From the IMG/VR virus record IMGVR_UViG_3300037589_000199, positions 1-45,381 of that record: a stretch of 45,381 nt of DNA. One strand, written 5' to 3'. The notes beneath the pieces were generated by a model. That model saw only the letters and a list, made by a program, of their open reading frames with translations, had not been told where the DNA came from and did no database searches. The number at the start of each line of letters is the position of its first letter. Positions within the stretch are counted from its first letter, which is position 1. This document shows, piece after piece, positions 27,904-37,985 of this stretch. The position numbers were made by a program, and so were the translations under genes. This DNA comes from a virus (lineage: Duplodnaviria > Caudoviricetes).

Positions 27904-29475
27904 TTAAATGCCTGCTCCTGCAGATCCACTACCAAAGTTGTTTATTGTCATGTTAGGATCAGTCCCCTTGAATTGCTGAAAATCATCATGATCTCCATAT
28001 ACAGAGGTTACCAAAGCATGAGGATCGTATCCAGGCTTATGGTACGCAAATACCATTGGCCCATATTGATACCCTGCACCCATCCAGTACTCTCCAAATA
28101 TTCTGGCTTCATAATCCTTTTTCTGGACATCATTCACCACGGCAGGCACTCCGTTGATGTGTCTCAACTTCACCAAATTAACAGGAGGCGTTGCAATTAG
28201 ATCCGGAGAACCATACATGCCATCCACAGGTACCAAGTACTTATTAGAGAAATCAATAGCATTTGATCCAAAGTTGTGGTTTTCAGTACCAGACTTTTCA
28301 CCCCAAATGTTTTTGTAAGCCCTTCGATACCTTCTCCATACGTCCTTAGAGCACAATACAGGGAAAACCATTGACTGAAAGATAGGTGCCATCCAAGCAT
28401 CATACTCAGCAACAAATTCCAGTACTTCTTCATCAGTAGCCGTAAACCAATCGAAGTTACCTCCGTCAAAGTAGTTCATTTTGTTAGGGTTACCTGCATC
28501 AAAATTGTCAGCCACAATGGTCTCGGCTCCATCCATGGATTTTTCAGGAGCTTGTCCTGGGTCCCCTTCGGAAACACCACTCCAAGGCAATTCCTCAAAT
28601 CTCCCTTTCCAAATCATCCTTAATTCAATGTCTTGCATCAATTGAGGATAAATCAAGTTTTGCCAGATGTAGTAAAAAATTGGCATTTGGTCTACTGCCA
28701 GATTTTCTCTGTACAACTTAAAAATGTAGGAAGTCAAAACATTTGAAGGAATAATCGGCACATTGAGCTTATGCCTTCGGTTTTGGATCTTCATTGGCTC
28801 AAATTTGGATTCGCCGCTAGGTGTCCATTTGTTCACAAACTGCTGCGAAACAGAAGTGATCAATGGCATAACAGATCTAAATTCTGTAACAGCCGGCTCT
28901 TCAGTGAATAGTTTTGAGGAAGTAAACCCATTGAAGATACTATCAAGCATCGCAAAATTATTCGACCCTTGACTCAGGTAAGTACCAAACTCAGACATCA
29001 AATCATCCACATTTATTGTGGCCCCTGCAGCCATATATCCGCTCTTCAAGAAATCTGAAAGTGCCTGATAATGGGGTTTGCTCATATCCACTTTCATAAT
29101 GGACTTTACCCCTTGTTTTCTAGGCATATTTGTTACCAATTCCGGTGTTTCTGGTTCCGGATCATTACTTAGCTGTAGGATACTGGCTTGTAGCCTTTCT
29201 TTGTCTTTATTTGCCTGGTCCAGCTGTGTTTGTAGTGCAGTAAGTTGCTCACTGTTCTGGGTGGCATTGTGATCCGTTATCGCATCTAGGAGCGGTTGCG
29301 GATCCACGCTTTCCTGAGCCATGGCCTCCCTGAATTTGTCAACAAATGGCTGACCAAGCACATCGGCAATCACATTGCTTTCCTCTTCAGAAAGTGTAAG
29401 GTTACCGGACTCATCTTTTGAGAATTCCTTGATTCCCAATAAGCCGAGCACAATGGCTTTCATTTTTTTAAACAT
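27904..29475 (-). CDS. Major capsid protein with N-terminal scaffold/delta domain
   Basis: 523 aa after S49 protease; N-terminal coiled coil; QQF..KWTP, SMDG motifs. Confidence 0.8.
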   Translation of the reverse strand: MFKKMKAIVLGLLGIKEFSKDESGNLTLSEEESNVIADVLGQPFVDKFREAMAQESVDPQPLLDAITDHNATQNSEQLTALQTQLDQANKDKERLQASILQLSNDPEPETPELVTNMPRKQGVKSIMKVDMSKPHYQALSDFLKSGYMAAGATINVDDLMSEFGTYLSQGSNNFAMLDSIFNGFTSSKLFTEEPAVTEFRSVMPLITSVSQQFVNKWTPSGESKFEPMKIQNRRHKLNVPIIPSNVLTSYIFKLYRENLAVDQMPIFYYIWQNLIYPQLMQDIELRMIWKGRFEELPWSGVSEGDPGQAPEKSMDGAETIVADNFDAGNPNKMNYFDGGNFDWFTATDEEVLEFVAEYDAWMAPIFQSMVFPVLCSKDVWRRYRRAYKNIWGEKSGTENHNFGSNAIDFSNKYLVPVDGMYGSPDLIATPPVNLVKLRHINGVPAVVNDVQKKDYEARIFGEYWMGAGYQYGPMVFAYHKPGYDPHALVTSVYGDHDDFQQFKGTDPNMTINNFGSGSAGAGI

Positions 29476-29486
29476 GCTTTAAAAAT

Positions 29487-30431
29487 TTATAGGTATTGCT
29501 TTACGTGAGACTTTGCCAGGGCTATATCAATAGCCGTTGATTTACTGCCTACCCTGTCGATAAGCCCTATACTCAGAGCCTCCTGTGCGAAGTAGGTCTT
29601 GCCGTTAAGCACTCCCTTTGCAGAGAGGTCTAGCTTACCGGACCTGTTTTCTTTGATGGCATTTTGGAAGCTCCTAGCAAGTGGATCCAGTTCGGTTTCC
29701 TTGATGAGTTCGTATTTACCCTCAAGTGCCAGGTGAAAGGCTTCATTCTTGTTTTCGCTCTCTGAGCTGTAAATGTGATGTACTTTGATGCCTTCCTTTT
29801 CGTAGTATCCCTGCAAATCGTGAAAGGTACACATCACGCCAATGGATCCTACTTCCGAGCTGATATTGTTATCAGCGACGATGTAGTCGCAAACAGATGC
29901 AGCCCAGTAGCCAGCCGAACAAGCCATGTCTACAGAAGCGACTACAGGTTTTCCGTTGCCTCTAGCGAGATTAACAGCGTCCACGATGGGCGCTATGGCA
30001 TCCACACCACCACCTCCTGTATCTATGTCCAGGACGATGGCGCCAATATTCTTATGAACCGCAGCTGCTTTAATGTATTCCGCTATTTCCACCATGCCGT
30101 ATTCGCACATAGTGCCGTATTTCATCATGTTCCCCTTTATGGGAACCATGGCCACGGAGCCTTCAGGAGCACCATCATAGATATTTCCGGAGTCCTTTTC
30201 CTCTTCCTCCTCATCATCCAAATCCATCATCAGGTGAGAACTTTCCATACCTGAAATGCTCATGGTGGTGAGATTGATAGACCTTTTTTGTCTGGAATTT
30301 CGATCCACCTTATTGAGTACCTCAGAAGCCTGCATTCCCAAGCCTAGAGCGATCTCCGGACGCATAAAATACTTACCCCGTAGAATCTGATTCATTAGAA
30401 GAAATTGCCAGTTAGCTGCTAGTTTTGTCAT
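29487..30431 (-). CDS. S49 family prohead protease
   Basis: LDIDTGGG, ACSAGYW, VGSIGV, GLID motifs; start 30431 lies downstream of the promoter motif. Confidence 0.9.
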   Translation of the reverse strand: MTKLAANWQFLLMNQILRGKYFMRPEIALGLGMQASEVLNKVDRNSRQKRSINLTTMSISGMESSHLMMDLDDEEEEEKDSGNIYDGAPEGSVAMVPIKGNMMKYGTMCEYGMVEIAEYIKAAAVHKNIGAIVLDIDTGGGGVDAIAPIVDAVNLARGNGKPVVASVDMACSAGYWAASVCDYIVADNNISSEVGSIGVMCTFHDLQGYYEKEGIKVHHIYSSESENKNEAFHLALEGKYELIKETELDPLARSFQNAIKENRSGKLDLSAKGVLNGKTYFAQEALSIGLIDRVGSKSTAIDIALAKSHVKQYL

Positions 30432-30448
30432 TACATGCTTGTTTGATA

Positions 30449-30484
30449 CAAGTTTACCAACATACAATTTCAGGGCAAAGGACA
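30449..30484 (-). promoter_or_regulatory. Putative late promoter TGTCCTTT-N20-TAAACTTG (head operon)
   Basis: Repeated motif with exact spacing. Confidence 0.7.
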
Positions 30485-30487
30485 GCC

Positions 30488-33409
30488 CTAGCCCATCAAA
30501 TTAGACCTATGTAACCTATCTGACTCAGAAAGAACTCCGGAGTAGTAGCCAAAGGCAAGCATTTTATCTGAACCCTCGGATAGAATTTCATAATCTTCAG
30601 TTGGAGAAAAAGACTCTTCCCCTATGTAAACTCCATCTTGGTAAATTTTCATTACTCCCGAGGCCGGAATGACATATTTCAAAATACATGACCCATTCCT
30701 AATTTCGAATAAAGAATAAGGGCCGGATATGTCGATAAGCCCTGGCAAAGTGTACTGATCAGCAGGACGAGAAATTGTTAAATTCTTGGTTTCAATATCT
30801 GAGGTATGCTTTCCCTTCTCAATTTGCCCATTTACCACTGCAATCTTGAGACCTTGGTTTTCTGTTAATCTATCATCAATCAGTAGCCTTAATGGATATG
30901 TGCTAGGTAAGGACACAGGTGGCCCTAAAAATGAAAACCTTTTCCAATTAGTTGTTATTTCGATCAATCCATTTTCCGAAGAATCTTGACCACCTCCTCC
31001 AACTCTTAGGCCTAATGTTGCTTCGTAACTACCTTTAACCCATATTGAATTAGTATAAACCATACCATCTTCTTTCTCAGCTAATGAATCTCTATAGATG
31101 TATGAATTGTAGATATCCCATGTATCTATAATATCTCCCTTCAGCCCTACTGTCTCACCTGAAATTAAACCTGTCCCTGTATTCCAAAGATCAAACTCAT
31201 TTGATCTTGTGATTAGATTTCTTGAACTCCTTTCCACATAAACTCCTTCGAAAATCCCTGTGTCCGGATTAAAAGTAAACCTTGGCTGATTGTCGGGTAG
31301 TTGGGTCTGTAATAATCTATCCCAGTCAAAGCGGCTTCCACCACCGCCGCCGGTCACGGTTAGGTCAGGACCGATAAGACTATAAAGCTGATTTCCTTTA
31401 TTTGCAAAGGGTACATTTATCATATCCCAGCCAAAAGCTAATATTTTATCCACTATTGGCTTTACGTCTGCAAGCCTAGCACCCATCTTGGCATCTGTAA
31501 TCTTGACCCGTTTATAGGCATTGAATATTGCCTCTCCATACCTATCACTTAATGTTACGAACCTAACACCTCTGTAAAATACTTTACCAGGTACCGGCTC
31601 AGGATCTGGGATAGGGTCGGGGTCAGGGTCTGGGTCCGGATCTGTTTCCATGTATTCATAAGCACCAATAGAAGGAGCGACTGGCACATCATTCCCATCA
31701 AGGTCAAATTCCAAATCAATATCCGTCCCTGCTCCAATCAAAATAGATCCTTCAGCTGGTCGATAGTCCTTAGCTTGCATATTCTTAAAAAACGCCTCTT
31801 GCAGTGGAGAAATACTACTGATTACGAAGCCACCTCCAACACCTACCAGATTACCATAAACCGAGTTAATGATGGTTACAGGCGAACGCCTGTCTATAAC
31901 TCCAGGAATGGTACAGTTACGGATCTGGGTTCCGGAAGCATCGCCAAAAACAACTATACCAGGAGTATTCCCAAGGTTACACATTTCTATTAGCGTATTC
32001 TCCGCATCTCCATGAATATGGAGTCCAAAACTCACATTCTCAGAATTGATCACATCTATATGACTAAAGAAAATATCTCTTGGCACCTTAACCCCTCCAT
32101 TACTTACAAACTGGCCAATATTTCGGGTACAACCGTCAATTAGGATATGCTTAAAGCCTGAGTTCTTTAACCGGTAACTATCATCAAGACCGTTATGGGC
32201 CTCGTGACGAAAAGGATTCATTGCATCACGGTAACCTTTCAGGTAGGCCCATTGGATGACATGTTGAGCGGCCCTGATCTGCATCCCCAAGCCACGTTGA
32301 TTATCGCTTACTTGCTGATCAATAAATTTCAAATCAACGTAGGGAGCGTTGGCAGGACTTAATGGGGTTTCTGTATCTGACAATGAGGTATAACAGCGAA
32401 AATTCCTTCCAATGATACCGCCCGATTCAAATTTAATCCCCCGGTATTTACTGTCATACGTTTCTATATCTTGAAAAAGGGCCTCAATATTCCCAGCCCC
32501 TACAGAACCCGGATTGTTTTTCACCCAGAAGAATCCATCTTCCCAGGTCGTTACCATGGAGCATTTAAGCCTGTGAAACCTCAAACCTTTCCCATACATT
32601 CCCACCTGATAAGGATACCAATTTCCATTTCCGTCAAAGGTGGTTTCTATATCCATTATTCGGACATTATAGGCAACCATCTCAGGGTTACTAGTCGCTG
32701 TATAACTAGTTCCGTTTAACCTGGAATCCGAAACATCACAAAACCGCTCGCTTGTAGCGTTATTACTTCCATCTATTTTGGGTCTGTCACCTTTACCATA
32801 GGCACCAAGCGTAATGTAGTCAGGCCTTCCCCCTCCAATTAATGGGTTTCTTATCTTCGTCCAGTCTTCAAAGGTTTGTCCGCGCTTCCATAAATAATAT
32901 TTACCGGCAGTTCCCCATTCTATTAAGTCCCCTCCGTAAAAATGTGCCGACCATCCGGAGTAAGGATCTGTCCTGGTTCCCAAACCGGAGGTACCGGCCA
33001 CCCCGGTATCGAAGAAAACACAATCTGTTGCTGCTATTCTATCAATCTTGCAAATTGTATCCTGATAATAGGATTCAAAGAGCTTCACCCTTACAATAAG
33101 TAACCTTGATGATGTAAAGAGTGAAGCATTATCAATATAAAGTTCCCCACTGTTATGCCCGATCGAGAATGCACCGTCTCCATTACCTCCTACAATAGTA
33201 AAGGTATAGGAACCATCCATTACAGAGGTTCCAAATCTCCTGTTGTAAAATTTCTGGTGCGACCACAGAAAATTCACTTTCCCTACATTGTCATCGTCTT
33301 CGCAATTGTCCGGAAGTATATAATATTGATTGTACTCAGCAGCGCCAGATGCAATTTCAGCAACTGTACGAATATCCTCCGTATGAGTGATAGGATGTTT
33401 AAAATTCAT
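30488..33409 (-). CDS. Multidomain virion fibre/spike: cadherin-like + beta-helix + (DP)n linker + C-terminal head-fibre-like domain
   Basis: FTIVGGNGDGAFSI cadherin-like; WKRGQTF...GAYGKGDRP beta-helix start; DLDGN..PSIGAYE; DPDPDP linker; PRF...GVYVE..SRNL. Confidence 0.65.
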   Translation of the reverse strand: MNFKHPITHTEDIRTVAEIASGAAEYNQYYILPDNCEDDDNVGKVNFLWSHQKFYNRRFGTSVMDGSYTFTIVGGNGDGAFSIGHNSGELYIDNASLFTSSRLLIVRVKLFESYYQDTICKIDRIAATDCVFFDTGVAGTSGLGTRTDPYSGWSAHFYGGDLIEWGTAGKYYLWKRGQTFEDWTKIRNPLIGGGRPDYITLGAYGKGDRPKIDGSNNATSERFCDVSDSRLNGTSYTATSNPEMVAYNVRIMDIETTFDGNGNWYPYQVGMYGKGLRFHRLKCSMVTTWEDGFFWVKNNPGSVGAGNIEALFQDIETYDSKYRGIKFESGGIIGRNFRCYTSLSDTETPLSPANAPYVDLKFIDQQVSDNQRGLGMQIRAAQHVIQWAYLKGYRDAMNPFRHEAHNGLDDSYRLKNSGFKHILIDGCTRNIGQFVSNGGVKVPRDIFFSHIDVINSENVSFGLHIHGDAENTLIEMCNLGNTPGIVVFGDASGTQIRNCTIPGVIDRRSPVTIINSVYGNLVGVGGGFVISSISPLQEAFFKNMQAKDYRPAEGSILIGAGTDIDLEFDLDGNDVPVAPSIGAYEYMETDPDPDPDPDPIPDPEPVPGKVFYRGVRFVTLSDRYGEAIFNAYKRVKITDAKMGARLADVKPIVDKILAFGWDMINVPFANKGNQLYSLIGPDLTVTGGGGGSRFDWDRLLQTQLPDNQPRFTFNPDTGIFEGVYVERSSRNLITRSNEFDLWNTGTGLISGETVGLKGDIIDTWDIYNSYIYRDSLAEKEDGMVYTNSIWVKGSYEATLGLRVGGGGQDSSENGLIEITTNWKRFSFLGPPVSLPSTYPLRLLIDDRLTENQGLKIAVVNGQIEKGKHTSDIETKNLTISRPADQYTLPGLIDISGPYSLFEIRNGSCILKYVIPASGVMKIYQDGVYIGEESFSPTEDYEILSEGSDKMLAFGYYSGVLSESDRLHRSNLMG

Positions 33410-33411
33410 AA

Positions 33412-34746
33412 TTACAGAGTGCTAAATACACGGTCTTCATTGTCACCTGTGTCACAACCGAACATGGCCACGGGAAATCCATTGATCATGGTCCAACCCA
33501 TAGCTGATATTTTATTGGTAGTCCCTGAGGGTATCACTTCATAGGATTCCAAATCAGAACTACGGATAATAAAACCATTGGCACCATACAGGTACAAATA
33601 ATCACCTATGACAGCCATTCCGGAGGTTTCTTGATTACTGTCTTCAGGAGGCAATTTCTCTTCCCATGTCAAGCCTTTATCTGCACTCACCGTCACATAT
33701 CCACCGGAAGATGTACCACCTCTCCGTAAAATAATTTTCCCCTTAAAAAATGCTACCCCTGAAAAATACCTATTGGTAGGAGGTGAAGTAGCAGTATAGG
33801 TTTCTCCTAAATCATTTGAAAGCTGTACTCTATTTGTTCCATCACTGGAAACCAACACCACCAAGCCCTCATTATAGGCTACTCCTCGGAAAGCATTCGC
33901 TCCGTCTACTGTGGCAGCTAACCAGGTCACCCCATCATCGATGGAGTAAACGGCCTCACCTGTTCGGGCACAAGCTACCCATCTTCCATTGGCGATAAAG
34001 GAAACATCAATAAATTCATAAGTACCGGGAGCAGTAATGGTGGTAAAGGTGCGTCCTCCTTCCTCACTGCGCCGAATATTATCCGGACCACCGGATCTAC
34101 CTACCAGAATGACGGTTCCCCAGTCTGAGATATCAAAGCTATAATACTCGAGGTGACCAGTATTCCCTCCTTCCAAGAACACCTTCCCTTCAGGAGAAAT
34201 ATAAAACCTACCACTACCACCAGAGCTACTTACCGCATAGAAATACCCATTCCTACCAATAATTTTCCTAAAGCTCACCTCCTTTGTGTCCTCAGTTTCA
34301 GAAAAAGTAAATGCCTTTGCTTTCCTTCCTTGAATTGCAGAGGCCTCGTATTTCCATAAGTCAATCCCGGCCATAAATCCCATACCGTCCTTGCTAGGTA
34401 CATCCTCTCTAATGATTTCCCAAGCACCCGTTTCCTTATTATGAATAAAATGAAGGTCATTCATTGGAGTACCTTGTAATGCTGATGAAGGGAGCTTTTC
34501 CTCTTCATTATCTATGGCCTTAAGCTTGTCTACGATCATGGCACCGGTATCCGGAGAACCCGCAGGACCTTGTTCCCCTTGTGGGCCTTGTGGTCCTACA
34601 GGAAGGGGTTGGTCCTTATTGTATTTGCTCAAAATTAATTCTCTAAACATCTGGGCCACCATATTGGGATCTATGGTGTTTTCTTCGGTCTTATTACCGA
34701 TGGAATTAGCCTTTGCTATTAGTTGATTGTCGGAAAGCGCTGTCAT
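33412..34746 (-). CDS. Short collagen-like segment + BNR/Asp-box beta-propeller protein
   Basis: GPQGPQGEQGPAG; repeats SEEGGRTF, SIDDGVTW, SNDLGETY, SADKGLTW. Confidence 0.75.
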   Translation of the reverse strand: MTALSDNQLIAKANSIGNKTEENTIDPNMVAQMFRELILSKYNKDQPLPVGPQGPQGEQGPAGSPDTGAMIVDKLKAIDNEEEKLPSSALQGTPMNDLHFIHNKETGAWEIIREDVPSKDGMGFMAGIDLWKYEASAIQGRKAKAFTFSETEDTKEVSFRKIIGRNGYFYAVSSSGGSGRFYISPEGKVFLEGGNTGHLEYYSFDISDWGTVILVGRSGGPDNIRRSEEGGRTFTTITAPGTYEFIDVSFIANGRWVACARTGEAVYSIDDGVTWLAATVDGANAFRGVAYNEGLVVLVSSDGTNRVQLSNDLGETYTATSPPTNRYFSGVAFFKGKIILRRGGTSSGGYVTVSADKGLTWEEKLPPEDSNQETSGMAVIGDYLYLYGANGFIIRSSDLESYEVIPSGTTNKISAMGWTMINGFPVAMFGCDTGDNEDRVFSTL

Positions 34747-34752
34747 GACTTT

Positions 34753-35187
34753 TTAAGTAAACTCTTGTGTAAATTCAGGTGTAAAAATCCCCGTTCCGCT
34801 AACATTGACAAGCTTGAACGGATAAGCCCAAAATTTATGGGTGAATTGAAGGTTTTTCTGTGTCAGGCTGTGATCCTCTGTAATAAATACAGGATGATCA
34901 ATACTGCCTATGATAAGCGTAGGTTTGCCATCACTGAAATCCATTCGAATGATCACCGGAGCTGTTATCATTCGACGCTCTTTCAACCAGGTGCGAAAAG
35001 TACTGGTATAGCTTCGACCTGCCTTGCTATGCTCTTCACTGATGGTAAGATTAGGAGGCTTACTGATGGCCAGTTCTTGCCATGCAGCAGACACCATTAC
35101 ACCACCTGCAGGACTGGAGCTATACTGCGCTACTTCATTGATGGAAGCATAGCGCACCCTGCATATATGGTTGATTGGTCCTAGCAT
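34753..35187 (-). CDS. Phage protein with C-terminal FxxxFxxxF motif
   Basis: 144 aa in operon; ends IFTPEFTQEFT. Confidence 0.65.
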   Translation of the reverse strand: MLGPINHICRVRYASINEVAQYSSSPAGGVMVSAAWQELAISKPPNLTISEEHSKAGRSYTSTFRTWLKERRMITAPVIIRMDFSDGKPTLIIGSIDHPVFITEDHSLTQKNLQFTHKFWAYPFKLVNVSGTGIFTPEFTQEFT

Positions 35188-35235
35188 GAATTTATTTTTT
35201 TGGCGATTCCCCGATTTTTACGAAATATTTTATGA

Positions 35236-35796
35236 TTATTTAATAAGAATATCTTCCATTCCTCTTTCAATCTTCTCATTCCTGTAGTATGCTTTTCGCA
35301 CGAGCATATTACATCGCTGCTTTAGCAACTTCATCTCATCCCTATATTCTTTCTTTTTTAGAGTCTCATGGTCATGAAGTAAATTGGCAAGCTTCCTGGT
35401 TACAATGAAGGACTCAATGATATCCTTTTGTAACATCCCCAATTTTTTTCCCTTCAGGTAATAGCGATCAAAATCTATGTGAAAAAACACATCTAAAAGG
35501 TCATTGATCCTTACAATATCTTCTCTGGAATAGTATAAATAGTAATTGGGCGCATTTTTAAGACCATCTGAACGAGGGAGAGTCAATTGAACCGCACTAG
35601 GCAGGTTATTAGGTTTCTCGCTGGTATACCGAACGAAACTACAAAGCACCTTACCAAAATCACTGGCACGACCCACAGTATATATTCCGGAATCATCTTT
35701 TGGAAAAAGAAAATCAAAATATGCCAGCAATAAAGGCTTGGAGATGGTGAGCTGAATGTCCATTGTTTTTTTTAACAATTTAATCAATTCTCTCAT
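35236..35796 (-). CDS. Conserved phage protein; candidate late transcription regulator
   Basis: 186 aa at early/late junction; basic helical C-terminus; alternative start 35763; function inferred from position only. Confidence 0.6.
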   Translation of the reverse strand: MRELIKLLKKTMDIQLTISKPLLLAYFDFLFPKDDSGIYTVGRASDFGKVLCSFVRYTSEKPNNLPSAVQLTLPRSDGLKNAPNYYLYYSREDIVRINDLLDVFFHIDFDRYYLKGKKLGMLQKDIIESFIVTRKLANLLHDHETLKKKEYRDEMKLLKQRCNMLVRKAYYRNEKIERGMEDILIK

Positions 35797-35876
35797 TTAT
35801 CGCAATACTATCTCTTTTTGGGAAAATAATATTCAAAAGTTCAAAACAGACTAATATAAATTAAGCTAGAAAAATA

Positions 35877-36291
35877 TGTAACCCTGTATCCATGTAGCCT
35901 TTTGATTCTATTATCTTATTTTTCAGGAACTTACCAAGTTACATCTTCAATCATAAAAAGATATGGCCGTTACAGATTTTTGTAACCTGAAATTTGGCAT
36001 TTTTTGGTTACAAAAATTTTTGTAACCTATCACTTTTTATTACTAAAAATAATCATTGTTTGTAACCAAATATTTTGTTGATTTTCAGGAGTATTTATAT
36101 AGTTTTCATTCTTTAGTTACAGAGTTACAAAAATTTAGTGTAAATTAAGATTTTAATAGGGGAAGGAAAGGCAGAAAAGGCGGCGGAATATGGCCATGGC
36201 AAGAAAGTAGCGTCCCTCCCGGCTCCATGGAAAGTGGGATTTTTTTCTCTAGCCGGCCAAGATTTAGGTTATACCAAAAGCAAAGTGTAAC
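35877..36291. repeat. TGTAAC/GTTACA repeat cluster; candidate replication origin
   Basis: Ten copies in both orientations including perfect 22-bp palindrome GGTTACAAAAATTTTTGTAACC (36006-36027) in AT-rich non-coding DNA. Confidence 0.65.
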
Positions 36292-36480
36292 CTAAACTGG
36301 AGCCGTACGGGACCAGGTGTTTGATTATTTCGATTGGTAGGGAAATGGAATATTAAATTCACCGAAAAATTAAAATAAGATAAAACAATAATTCAATAAT
36401 AAATTTTATAATTAAAAAATCCCCATAAAGGAAACGAATAAAGTAAATCCTTTTTCCCAATTATAGTATAGCATTTAATA

Positions 36481-36921
36481 ATGGAAAACGCAGATATAGA
36501 CATCAAATACTCCAAAATACCTGAAACAGCCAAATACGCTTTAATTGTAATTATTAAAGGAATTAGTTCATTTCCATGGGTATTTTTCTTCGTTGGACTG
36601 CTATTGGCAAAAGAGATATTCTTTTATTGGTTTATATTTTTCCTGTTTGTAGAGGGACTTTTATTTGCTGCTCTCATTTACATACTTGTCCTAATAGTCA
36701 AGGCCTCACTAAAAACTGAATATGGTATTGAGCAAAAACACAACCCATATATTGAGTCAAAATCTGACTCGGTTTTAGAAGGCTACATGAAGAAGGCAAA
36801 AAGTGGTATTATTGGAAACATTGCATTTTATATATTCCTTATTGGCGCTCTTGTAGTCGTAAAATTTCTGGGCATTTTTGATGCATTCTTCACTCAAGTG
36901 TTTAATAGTATAGGAAATTAA
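36481..36921 (+). CDS. Membrane protein (cargo)
   Basis: 146 aa with about three hydrophobic helices. Confidence 0.75.
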   Translation: MENADIDIKYSKIPETAKYALIVIIKGISSFPWVFFFVGLLLAKEIFFYWFIFFLFVEGLLFAALIYILVLIVKASLKTEYGIEQKHNPYIESKSDSVLEGYMKKAKSGIIGNIAFYIFLIGALVVVKFLGIFDAFFTQVFNSIGN

Positions 36922-37355
36922 ATTTATCTATGGTAGGATCTAAAGAAAGTTCTAATTGGAAAAGAACTGAAATTAATTACTAAGTAAACAACAAAAAATT
37001 GAATGAAGGTATACAATTAAATTTCTTCAAGACCCGAGAAATTCCATAATCAAAAAATCAAAACTAAAGGTGTTTAGGTTATTGATAATTTTTCATCCTT
37101 CCACATTCCACTGGGGATCACACTCTATACTTTAAACCAAACTAGTTAATAATTTGACTCATAAATAAAAATAATTAAAAACCTATATACAAGAACAATC
37201 AAAATAATGAACATAGCTAAGGATTGGCAATAGACCTAAATATATGACACAAAATTACTTTCAAAGCTAATGAGGTGTTGCTTATTATAAAATCAGTATG
37301 ATTAATCAATTGAAAACCAGTATATTTTAGAAATATTAGCTAGAACTATTAAAAA

Positions 37356-37985
37356 ATGAAAAACTATTTACCTGTTATTAGAGATTTTAGTATTGCAGTA
37401 ATAATAGCAATTTTTACAGCGGAAAAAATCGTTATTTTAAATATAATATATCAGACTACAATCATTTCTCTTATTGCGGTAATAATATTCCTTATACTCA
37501 GAGTAATAAACAAACATTCCGGAAAATTGGAAATCCTTTCAATTATATATTCTCAAAGTATTATTCTTCCAATTCTTAAAGGAATATCAAATGGCAAAAT
37601 AAAAGATGTTTATAAACTATATATTGTCTTACCTGATAGTTTAAAATCTCTTCAAAATATTTCCAGTATAATTAGTACTTTCGAAATTTACAAGACCGAT
37701 AAGATTGAGGATAGGAATGTTTGGATAAATATAACCGAATTACCCAAAATAGGAAAAGTATTCATTGATACTCCAAGTATATGGATTAATGGTTTTAAAT
37801 TTTACAACTTAGAAAAAGAACTAAATCACGAATCGCTTCAAAAGGTTATGCAAAAAATGAACAAAGACATAAAATTATATTGTAAGAAAAAAACAAGAGA
37901 TGGTAATATTAAAGCACAAGTTCAATTTATTACTGCTGATGAGTTTTATAAGTTTTTTACAGAACAAACTAATTCTAAGGAGTAG
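37356..37985 (+). CDS. 2TM + divergent prokaryotic STING-like domain protein
   Basis: Two N-terminal TMs; LSIIYSQSIILP, KLYIVLPDSL, R, FIDTPS in the order and spacing of bacterial STING motifs. Confidence 0.5.
   Translation: MKNYLPVIRDFSIAVIIAIFTAEKIVILNIIYQTTIISLIAVIIFLILRVINKHSGKLEILSIIYSQSIILPILKGISNGKIKDVYKLYIVLPDSLKSLQNISSIISTFEIYKTDKIEDRNVWINITELPKIGKVFIDTPSIWINGFKFYNLEKELNHESLQKVMQKMNKDIKLYCKKKTRDGNIKAQVQFITADEFYKFFTEQTNSKE

Noticed and set aside
34723-35184. 153-aa plus-strand ORF
   Set aside because: Antisense shadow of 34753-35187, which fits the operon
35877-36291. CRISPR array
   Set aside because: Repeats are 6-bp cores in mixed orientation with irregular spacing; no cas genes
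37100-37125. CCACTGGGGATCACA resembling a tRNA 3' end or att remnant
   Set aside because: No T-loop or cloverleaf; too short to support
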